DNA from: Acidimicrobiia bacterium
Lineage (GTDB): Bacteria; Actinomycetota; Acidimicrobiia; Acidimicrobiales; JANYDT01
NCBI GenBank assembly: GCA_031418035.1
Contig: JANOWU010000115.1
Coordinates: 2,758 to 66,757 of the forward strand
Length of the DNA stretch: 64,000 nucleotides
Reading direction: 5' to 3'
A program made the translations under genes and the position numbers. Below are positions 56,627 to 64,000 of the stretch, piece by piece (within the stretch, counting starts at the first letter, position 1; every line of letters starts with the position of its first letter). Below the pieces are notes generated by a model. That model did no database searches. It had not been told where the DNA came from and saw only the letters and a list, made by a program, of their open reading frames with translations.

Positions 56627-58915
56627 ATGCTCACAGATAATCAACCCAGCGAACTGCTCAAGCACCTCGAAGGTCTTGCGAAACGTAGGGCGATGACTCG
56701 CCGAGACTTCATGTTGCTTGCCGGCGCCGTCAGCGCAGGCTCGATCGCCGCTTCACAACTTGGACCGCTGCGCCACCTGATTGCCGGAGGAACGGCAGGC
56801 GGATCAGCAGACGGAATCGTGGTCTTCGTGTATTTGAACGGCGGAAACGACGGCCTGAACACCGTTATACCGGTTGACGCCCAGTACAACCAATATGTAA
56901 GTCTACGTACGAGAACTCTGGACGGAACGGCGTCGTCGATCGCGTACCCTGCGCCGGGCACCGGACGAAGCGACGACGCGCTGTTGGGCGACACTGCGAT
57001 TGCATTCAACCCCGGACTCTCGAACGTCTCCAATTGGTATCGGTCCGGAAAGGTTGGGGTGATCCAGGGCATCGGCTACGCCAATCCGAACTTCAGCCAC
57101 TTCGACTCACAGGACTTCTGGGGTGCGGGATACGGCGGAGCCGGCACGTTCGTGGTCAACCCACAAAGTGGCTGGCTCGGTCGGTATGGTGAAGCGGCGT
57201 CCCTCTCGCCAGTTGGGGTCATCGCGATCTCGAGCGGGACCCAAATCCTGCCGATTCGAGGAGTCAACAACAGTGGGCTCTCGCTCTCGGTGTGGTCCGG
57301 TCCTCGCTTGGGGGCAGGCGCCGAAGTTCCCGACGTCAATGCCGCAATGGCGATTTCCGCAATGGCGGCGGGGCAAACCGCCGGTTCTGTCGCTGCTGGC
57401 TGGTCCTCCGTCGCTGCCAACGCGATCGGGCTCGCCCCGACGATCAACGGTGCGACGCAGGTGGACTTCCCGTCGGGCGCGTCATACATCAAACGCCAAA
57501 TGATGATGGCCGCAAATCTGGTGAATGCCAACATCGGAACCCGCGTCATTCACTGCGAGCACGGTGGGTTCGACACCCACGAGAATCAGCGTCGTGACTC
57601 CAATGGCAACGATTGGCATCGCATGCTGCTTGCTGACCTCGACGAATCCCTCGGTGTCTTCTTCGGGTCGCTTGCGTCCGCGCATCGTCGCAAGGTCACC
57701 GTTGTCGTGTACTCCGAGTTCGGCCGACGTCCGGAAATGAACGGAAACTACGGAACCGATCACGGAGCAGCGAGTGTGTCCCTCGTCATCGGTGACAACG
57801 TTCGTGGTGGCCGATTCGGGGAGTATCCCTCCCTCACCGATCTCGACGACGAGAACCTTCGATCGAACGTCGACTTTCGTTCGCTGTACAGCGCGCTCTT
57901 GGGCCAGTGGCTCGGTGTCGCCCCCGAACCCATCATCGGCGCCCCCCATCGGGTGCTGGCAAATCTTTTTGCCGCTCCCCCAGGGGACAACCTGAGTTCG
58001 ACGACAACCACGTCCACTACTTCGAGCACGACATCGTCCACCACCACGACGACGGCGCCCACTACGACGACCACGATGCCCACGACCACGATGCCCACGA
58101 CCACCACATCGACCTCGTCGACGACGACAACTCTTCCGGTCACGACGACGACCTCGCCAACCACCACGACCGTGGCCATCACGACCACCACTGTCGTTGT
58201 GCCCTCGAGTACAACGACGACCATCGTCGACAACCCAACGACGACGATCGTGACCACCACCACGACACCCACCACCACAACAACACCCACGACCACCACA
58301 CCCACCACACCGACCACCACCACACCGACCACCACCACACCCACCACAACAACACCGGTTGCCACGACCACACCTCCGCCATCGTCGTCCACGACAACCC
58401 TGCTCCCGACGACAACAACGACAACAACGACAACAACATCAGCAACATCAATGCCGGCCACAACATCGACGACCAAGCCAACAACAACGACGACGTTGCT
58501 GCCGAAGGCAGTAACTCCCGCGCCCCCGGCCGGAACGCCGAGTCGGAGCAAACCCGATGCACCGAACCTGGTCGTGGAAAACGTGCCGCTGGTATTCGCC
58601 TCAGGAACTACAGCAGTGCGAGTGAGCCCTGACACGACTACGACGACCACCGTGGCCGAACAGCCGACGACCTCGACCACCTCGACATCGCCGGCGACCT
58701 CGACCACGTCGAGCGCACCAACCAGCACAACACCGACACCGACGACGGCTCCTAAGAAGTTGGCCCTGGTCGATCTCCCGGCGTCGAATCGTCGGGCCGA
58801 AGCCAAGACCGCGAAGACCGCGAAGACCGCGAAGACCACGAAGACCACGAAACGACCGCCGAAAAAGGTGAAGCCGAGGCGAGTCAAGAGCACGCGGGCA
58901 ACCCAAAAGAAGTAG
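56627..58915 (+). CDS. DUF1501-family (sulfatase-fold) protein with a Tat signal and a Thr/Pro/Ser-rich C-terminal extension of about 300 aa
   Basis: Start at MLTDNQ... with TRRDFMLLAGAVSAGS (twin-arginine). The DUF1501-like core includes HGGFDTHENQ and GTDHG. From about 57997 it is almost pure T/P/S, ending in a Lys-rich tail. Confidence 0.75.
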   Translation: MLTDNQPSELLKHLEGLAKRRAMTRRDFMLLAGAVSAGSIAASQLGPLRHLIAGGTAGGSADGIVVFVYLNGGNDGLNTVIPVDAQYNQYVSLRTRTLDGTASSIAYPAPGTGRSDDALLGDTAIAFNPGLSNVSNWYRSGKVGVIQGIGYANPNFSHFDSQDFWGAGYGGAGTFVVNPQSGWLGRYGEAASLSPVGVIAISSGTQILPIRGVNNSGLSLSVWSGPRLGAGAEVPDVNAAMAISAMAAGQTAGSVAAGWSSVAANAIGLAPTINGATQVDFPSGASYIKRQMMMAANLVNANIGTRVIHCEHGGFDTHENQRRDSNGNDWHRMLLADLDESLGVFFGSLASAHRRKVTVVVYSEFGRRPEMNGNYGTDHGAASVSLVIGDNVRGGRFGEYPSLTDLDDENLRSNVDFRSLYSALLGQWLGVAPEPIIGAPHRVLANLFAAPPGDNLSSTTTTSTTSSTTSSTTTTTAPTTTTTMPTTTMPTTTTSTSSTTTTLPVTTTTSPTTTTVAITTTTVVVPSSTTTTIVDNPTTTIVTTTTTPTTTTTPTTTTPTTPTTTTPTTTTPTTTTPVATTTPPPSSSTTTLLPTTTTTTTTTTSATSMPATTSTTKPTTTTTLLPKAVTPAPPAGTPSRSKPDAPNLVVENVPLVFASGTTAVRVSPDTTTTTTVAEQPTTSTTSTSPATSTTSSAPTSTTPTPTTAPKKLALVDLPASNRRAEAKTAKTAKTAKTTKTTKRPPKKVKPRRVKSTRATQKK

Positions 58916-59041
58916 AGGCCAACAGCCAACCACGGACTGGACATCCCGGTTCGATCCGCGATGCCCGACCGCCAAGGCTCTGTGACGCTCGCCACACGGA
59001 CCAACGGGTTGACGCTGTCGTAGTTCGGCGAGAATGGCGAG

Positions 59042-59908
59042 GTGAGTCACACAGCCAAGGGTCCGCTGTCGACTCGCCGCCGGAGGAATCCATTTTCCAG
59101 AGGGATCGATCGAGAGCAGTTCCGGGAGGGCTTTCGCACCGGCGTCCAGACCATGATCGGGCCGTCGGTCGGCATCGCTGTGTGGGGACTCGTCACGGGC
59201 GTTGCCATGGTCAATGCCGGGCTTGCGGTGCCGCTCGCCCTGGTCTTGAGCCTGGTGGCATACGCGGGCTCGGCGCAGCTCGCCATTTTGCCCCTCCTTG
59301 CTATCCACGCGCCGATTCCGATCGTGTGGGCGACCGCGGCCATCGTGAATCTCCGTTTTGCGATATTTGCGGCGGCACAGCGCAAGTACTTCATCGGGCT
59401 CACGCGAACGCAGCGCCTCTTGGCGGCATACGTCAACGGCGACCTCGGCGCAGCGCTGTTCATCCGTCGTTACGGTGCCGCGCCGGTGGCTGGAACGTCT
59501 GAGCAGTGGGGGTTTCATGGTGGTGTCGGACTTACCAACTATGTGGTGTGGCACATAACGTCGGTGGCGGGAATTCTGCTCGGACACGCCGCACCGCGAT
59601 CGTGGGGTCTCGATCTTGCGGCGACGCTGGCGCTGGTCGCCGTCCTCATTCCCATGATCGTACGTATACCTATGATTGCGGGCATAGCGACTACCGTTGT
59701 GGCAGCAGTGCTCACCGCAGGCTGGCCGATGAGGCTTGGACTGATTGCCTCGATTGCCGTCGGCGTGTGTGTCGCTCTCGGGGCCGAGAGGTTCGCGCCT
59801 CCGACCGCCCCGACCGCCCCGACCGCCCCGACCACTCCGACCGCTCCGACTGCCCCGGGCGCGTCTGAAGCAACGCCATCGGTGTCGGGTCCAGGGGCCA
59901 AAGAATGA
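59042..59908 (+). CDS. azlC: AzlC-family branched-chain amino acid exporter subunit
   Basis: Polytopic protein with YAGSAQLAILPLL typical of AzlC. It is followed by an overlapping azlD-like gene. The C-terminus has a (PTA)n repeat. Confidence 0.75.
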   Translation: MSHTAKGPLSTRRRRNPFSRGIDREQFREGFRTGVQTMIGPSVGIAVWGLVTGVAMVNAGLAVPLALVLSLVAYAGSAQLAILPLLAIHAPIPIVWATAAIVNLRFAIFAAAQRKYFIGLTRTQRLLAAYVNGDLGAALFIRRYGAAPVAGTSEQWGFHGGVGLTNYVVWHITSVAGILLGHAAPRSWGLDLAATLALVAVLIPMIVRIPMIAGIATTVVAAVLTAGWPMRLGLIASIAVGVCVALGAERFAPPTAPTAPTAPTTPTAPTAPGASEATPSVSGPGAKE

Positions 59909-60234
59909 ACGACGCCGCCTACGTCGTCATCATCGCCGTTGGGCTCGGACTCCTCACGCTGGCGGCACGAGCCAGCTTCTTCATGATCCCGTCGCGCTAC
60001 CAACTACCGCCTCGGCTCGAGCGAGCGTTGCGTTACGCGCCGGCATGTGCCCTCGCGGCGATCGTCGCACCGAGCGTGTTCAATGAACCGGGCGGCGCAA
60101 TCAATTTCGACCTCAGCAACCCACGCCTCTGGGCTGTTGTCGCCGCATCCCTGGCGTTCGTTCGAACTCGGAACATGATGACGATGATGGGAATTGGGAT
60201 GGCGGTCTTCACCGTGATCCGCCTTTTCGGGTGA
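59905..60234 (+). CDS. azlD: AzlD-family membrane protein
   Basis: 109 aa with 3-4 TM segments. ATGA overlap with azlC. Confidence 0.7.
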   Translation: MNDAAYVVIIAVGLGLLTLAARASFFMIPSRYQLPPRLERALRYAPACALAAIVAPSVFNEPGGAINFDLSNPRLWAVVAASLAFVRTRNMMTMMGIGMAVFTVIRLFG

Positions 60235-60290
60235 TAGCCGAGAGCTGGTTGGTTGGCGGGTGGCGCGTTTGACGGCTTGAATCGTGGGTC

Positions 60291-62375
60291 ATGACTGCGA
60301 TCAACGAAGTAACGGATCTGACACTGCACGGAAATGTCGCCGTGCTCACCCTCAACTCTCCCCCGGTAAACGCGTTGAGCTTCAACGTTCGCGACGGTCT
60401 GTTTCAGGGCATTACCGCGGCTCTTGCGGAACCGGTCGACGCGATTGTGTTGATCTGCGGTGGACGGACCTTCATCGCCGGGGCGGACATCTCCGAGTTC
60501 GGTGGCGCACCGCGCGGCGCCAGCCTGTTCGAGGTACAGACCCTCATGGAAGACTCACCCAAGCCGATCATCGCCGCAATTCATGGGACGGCACTGGGTG
60601 GAGGGCTCGAGGTAGCACTGACTGCGCATTACCGAATTGCTGTGCCGAGCGCAAAGTGCGGGCTTCCCGAGGTCAACCTGGGACTGCTCCCGGGTGCCGG
60701 TGGAACCCAGCGTCTGCCGCGAATCGTGGGTGCACAGAAAGCGCTCGAGATGATGACGAGCGGCCAACACGTACCGGCTCCCGAATGTGCTGCGATGGGA
60801 CTCAGCGACGCACTTGCCGAGGAAAACGCACTCGAGCGCTCAGCGATCGAGTTTGCCCAACGTGTCGTGAGCGAAGGACGCCCGCTGAAGAAGATCCGAG
60901 AGCTCGACGAAAAGCTGGCAGCCGATCGTGGGCGCCCGGAGATCTTCGCCGAGTTCCGCAAGGCGAACGCCCGGAAGTTCCGCGGCTTCAAAGCACCCGA
61001 ATCGATCATCCAGTGCGTAGAAGCAGCGGTGAATCTTCCGTTCGCCGACGGACTCGCCGTCGAACGAAAGCTGTTCCTCGAGTTGGTGAGCGGTTCCCAG
61101 TCGGCGGCCCAGCGTTACCAGTTCTTCGCCGAACGCGAAGTGTGGAAGATCCCGGATGTCACGAGCGACACCGAAACCCTTCCTGTTGCGTCGGTCGGGG
61201 TGTTGGGCGCCGGCACGATGGGCGGTGGCATCACCATGAACTTTGTCAACGCGGGGATCCCCGTCACGATCGTCGAACAGTCTCAGGAGGCACTCGATCG
61301 AGGCTTGAAGGTCGTGCGCGCCAACTACGAGCGCAGCGCAAAGAACGGCCGATTCACCATGGAGGAGGTCGAGAAGCGCATGGCGCTCATTACGCCCTCC
61401 GTTTCGATCGAGGACTTCAAGAATGCCGACCTGGTTATCGAGGCCGTGTTCGAGCGAATGGACATCAAGAAGGATGTGTTCTCGAAACTGGATTCGATCT
61501 GCAAACCCGGAGCAATCCTTGCGACGAACACGTCGTATCTGAACATCGATGAGATCGCGTCGGCAACGACGCGATCGGAGTCGGTGATTGGGATGCACTT
61601 CTTCTCGCCGGCAAACGTCATGAAGCTTCTCGAGGTTGTCCGGGCCGACCATACGTCCAAGCCGGTTATCGCGACGTCGATGCAGATCGGGAAGAAGATA
61701 GGCAAGATCGCGGCATTGGTCGGCGTCTGCCCTGGCTTCGTCGGGAACCGAATGTTGGCGGCGCGATCGCGGGAGTCGCAGGCACTGCTTCTCGAAGGAG
61801 CCATGCCGTGGCAAATTGATAAAGCTCTTTACGATTTCGGGTTCGCGATGGGCCCCTTCTCCATGTCCGATCTAGCGGGCCTCGACATCGGTTGGGTTGC
61901 CGAAACGTCGAAGGGCCTCACGATTCGTGACCGACTCTGTGAGGCGGGGCGACGCGGACAGAAGACCGGATCGGGCTACTACGACTACGACGAGAACCGC
62001 AATGCGTCGCCGTCGCCCGTCACGGAGACGATCGTGCGCGAGTTCGCCGCCGCGAGCGGACAGCCACAGAAGACGTTCACCGACGAGGAGATCGTCGATC
62101 GACTGATCTACCCGATGATCAACGAAGGAGCGAAGATTCTCGAAGAGGGCAAAGCGATCCGTTCCTCTGATATCGATGTCATCTGGGTCAACGGCTACAA
62201 CTGGCCGGTGTACCGGGGCGGTCCGATGTTCTTCGCCGATCAAGCGGGGCTCAACAACGTCGTGGCCAAGCTTCGAGAATTCGAAGCGCAGCTGGGGTCG
62301 GACTGGACACCGGCCAGCTTGCTGGTGTCGCTCGCCGAGTCGGGCAAACGCTTCCAGGACTATCGACGCGCGTAA
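60291..62375 (+). CDS. Bifunctional enoyl-CoA hydratase / 3-hydroxyacyl-CoA dehydrogenase (FadB/FadJ-like)
   Basis: N-terminal crotonase (FIAGADISEF, IAAIHGTALGGGLEVAL) plus an NAD-binding HAD domain (VGVLGAGTMGGGI) and a C-terminal HAD dimerisation domain. Confidence 0.9.
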   Translation: MTAINEVTDLTLHGNVAVLTLNSPPVNALSFNVRDGLFQGITAALAEPVDAIVLICGGRTFIAGADISEFGGAPRGASLFEVQTLMEDSPKPIIAAIHGTALGGGLEVALTAHYRIAVPSAKCGLPEVNLGLLPGAGGTQRLPRIVGAQKALEMMTSGQHVPAPECAAMGLSDALAEENALERSAIEFAQRVVSEGRPLKKIRELDEKLAADRGRPEIFAEFRKANARKFRGFKAPESIIQCVEAAVNLPFADGLAVERKLFLELVSGSQSAAQRYQFFAEREVWKIPDVTSDTETLPVASVGVLGAGTMGGGITMNFVNAGIPVTIVEQSQEALDRGLKVVRANYERSAKNGRFTMEEVEKRMALITPSVSIEDFKNADLVIEAVFERMDIKKDVFSKLDSICKPGAILATNTSYLNIDEIASATTRSESVIGMHFFSPANVMKLLEVVRADHTSKPVIATSMQIGKKIGKIAALVGVCPGFVGNRMLAARSRESQALLLEGAMPWQIDKALYDFGFAMGPFSMSDLAGLDIGWVAETSKGLTIRDRLCEAGRRGQKTGSGYYDYDENRNASPSPVTETIVREFAAASGQPQKTFTDEEIVDRLIYPMINEGAKILEEGKAIRSSDIDVIWVNGYNWPVYRGGPMFFADQAGLNNVVAKLREFEAQLGSDWTPASLLVSLAESGKRFQDYRRA

Positions 62376-62385
62376 GCCTTCGCTC

Positions 62386-63273
62386 ATGAACGATCGCCGC
62401 ATCGTGGTGGTGGGTGATGTCGTCACGGATGTGATCGTGCGACCACACTCCCCCATCGTTCATGGAACCGACACCGCCTCATCGATCGAACTTGTGGGCG
62501 GCGGCTCTGCCGCCAACACCGCGGCATGGATTGGGACACTCGGCGGCTCCGTCGATTTCGTCGCGCGCGCCGGGCGCGACCAACACGCGTGGCACGAGGG
62601 ACTGCTCACCGCGACTGGTGTGCGGTCGTTCATCGCCACCGATCCCGAACTTCCATCTGCGCGCATAGTTGTTCTCGTTGACATGAACGGCGAACGCACG
62701 ATGCTCACCGATCGTGGTGCGAACGATGCGCTGTCGCCCGCCGACGTCGACGAGATATCCATCGACCGTTCGACACTGGTGCATGTGTCCGGGTACACGC
62801 TGCTCTTCGCCGGGCCGCGGCCGGCCGGCTTGTTCGCCCTCGAAAAGGCAAGGGAGCAGGGCGCTTTCAGTAGCGTCGACCCGAACTCCTCGGGCTTTCT
62901 CGCGCTGGTCGGACCCGCACTGTTCCTGAAAATGACTGTCGGAGTTGATGTCTGTTTCCCGAACGCCGATGAAGTATGTACACTTACCGATATTCCCGAC
63001 CCGGTCGAGGCCGCCCTTGATCTCTCACAGCACTACGGCACGGTGGTTTGTAAGCTCGGGCCTGAAGGCGCCCTCATTGCGCAATCGGGATCAATCGTTA
63101 CCCGAAACAGCGCCCCCGACGTCACGGTTGTAGACACCACCGGCGCCGGCGACGCGTTCGCCGCTGGCTACCTCCGTGCTCTTGCACAAGGAGAGAGCCT
63201 CGACAACTGCCTGGCGATGGCTATTCATACGAGCGGACGAGCAGTCGCACGAATCGGTGCCCGACCTCGTTGA
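62386..63273 (+). CDS. PfkB-family carbohydrate/nucleoside kinase
   Basis: Start at MNDRRIVVVGDVVTDV. GGGSAANTA and the C-terminal DTTGAGDAFAAGYL motif are present. Confidence 0.85.
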   Translation: MNDRRIVVVGDVVTDVIVRPHSPIVHGTDTASSIELVGGGSAANTAAWIGTLGGSVDFVARAGRDQHAWHEGLLTATGVRSFIATDPELPSARIVVLVDMNGERTMLTDRGANDALSPADVDEISIDRSTLVHVSGYTLLFAGPRPAGLFALEKAREQGAFSSVDPNSSGFLALVGPALFLKMTVGVDVCFPNADEVCTLTDIPDPVEAALDLSQHYGTVVCKLGPEGALIAQSGSIVTRNSAPDVTVVDTTGAGDAFAAGYLRALAQGESLDNCLAMAIHTSGRAVARIGARPR

Positions 63274-63286
63274 TTTCCCGACGCGA

Positions 63287-63313
63287 AAGTGCCCGGCCGA
63301 AGACCGGGCACTT
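63287..63313. terminator. Stem-loop between convergent genes
   Basis: AAGTGCCCGG-ccgaaga-CCGGGCACTT has a 10-bp perfect stem. It starts 14 nt after the kinase stop, and only a weak T-tract follows. Confidence 0.55.
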
Positions 63314-63375
63314 GCGCTGCTGTTCGGGGAAGTGCGAAACGCCGCTGACCGACCGCGGACACGTAGAACGTGTGC

Positions 63376-64000
63376 TTACTTCTTGGCTTTGCGATCAGCC
63401 TTGTTGGCTTCACGCTGTGCCTTCTTCGCGGCGCGCTCCTCTTCAGCAGCTGCCTTCTTCGCCGCGCGCTCCTCTTCAGCAGCCGCCTTCTTCGCCGAAC
63501 GCTCGGCGCTCTTTTCGGCCTTGTCGGATTCACGGTCGGTCTTCTTCGCTCCGCTCAACGAGTGACGGGCGTCCTTGAGGGCCTTCGCTGCCGAATCAAG
63601 GAGAGCATCGGCAGCCTTTATCTGGTCACGAGCGGCCTGCACCGTTGCGGCGTTCGACGTCTTGATCGCTTCATTACCGAGATCCGGAACGATGGATGCA
63701 GCGCTGTTGGAAGCCGCAATGGAAGCTGCCTTCGCCTTATCCACGAGTGGTCCTACCGAGTTCACCAGTGCGGTTGCTGCTGCGGTGTCTGCTCCGCCAG
63801 CGCTCGCCGTAGCGATCAGAGTCTGTACATTCGCAACCTCCGTGAGGAGCCGTGCTGCCCGGCTTGACTGGGCGCCGCAGGCGAGCGGAATGTGAACGGC
63901 CGGTCCGACGACCAGATACACACGGTGGTGTGTGTAGATCTGTAGCGCCAGCGGCTTCGCCGTGGCGACGTCGGCAGCAGACTGGATCTGCGTGGCCAAG
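63376..64000 (-). CDS. Hypothetical Ala-rich helical protein with a Lys/Glu-rich repeat tail (5' end outside the window)
   Basis: The open frame runs to the window edge. The C-terminus is KAEKSAERSAKKAAAEEERAAKKAAAEEERAAKKAQREANKADRKAKK. No family recognised. Confidence 0.5.
   Translation of the reverse strand, partial: LATQIQSAADVATAKPLALQIYTHHRVYLVVGPAVHIPLACGAQSSRAARLLTEVANVQTLIATASAGGADTAAATALVNSVGPLVDKAKAASIAASNSAASIVPDLGNEAIKTSNAATVQAARDQIKAADALLDSAAKALKDARHSLSGAKKTDRESDKAEKSAERSAKKAAAEEERAAKKAAAEEERAAKKAQREANKADRKAKK

Noticed and set aside
58940-58965. GGTTCGATCC resembling a tRNA T-loop in the DUF1501-azlC intergenic region
   Set aside because: Flanking bases do not form a T-stem (CCCGG..CGCGA), and no acceptor or anticodon arms could be folded on either strand.
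57760-59004. 414-aa minus-strand ORF rich in Val/Gly runs
   Set aside because: It is the antisense reading of the Thr-rich (ACC/ACG) tail of the DUF1501 gene, so it is a compositional artefact.

Overview
High-GC window that reads as an Actinomycetota chromosome, mostly core genome. The taxon call rests on the conserved block pyrR-pyrB-pyrC-carA-carB-pyrD-pyrF / mihF-gmk-rpoZ-coaBC, an AdnAB-type helicase-nuclease pair and two F420-type LLM oxidoreductases. I support about 50 protein genes. They include a peptide-type ABC importer, AdnAB, a solitary beta-class DNA methyltransferase, an NAD-salvage neighbourhood (nadR-like, pncA, pncB), a DHPS-like/GT-C-like pair, an OmpR/HK two-component system, a DUF1800/DUF1501 pair, azlCD and a FadB-like enzyme. 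By eye I found no rRNA, tRNA, CRISPR array, integrase, transposase or intact mobile element. The only mobile-element trace is a frameshifted DUF222/HNH (REP13E12-like) remnant at about 36.4-36.9 kb. The best candidate for an undescribed system is the tightly coupled four-gene envelope cassette at 37.1-42.5 kb, just downstream of the two-component system. It encodes a secreted Cys protein, an adaptor with a peptidoglycan-binding domain and a very long coiled coil, a MacB-type ATPase and an FtsX-type permease. Structure not explained by the ORF track includes a phased 11-nt repeat array plus a perfect CRP-type palindrome upstream of the ABC importer. It also includes a direct/inverted repeat element and a PyrR-box hairpin upstream of pyrR, a long leader upstream of an NlpC/P60 gene, and mucin-like Thr-rich/Lys-rich tails on secreted proteins. 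All functional calls come from motif recognition by eye; no database search was run.
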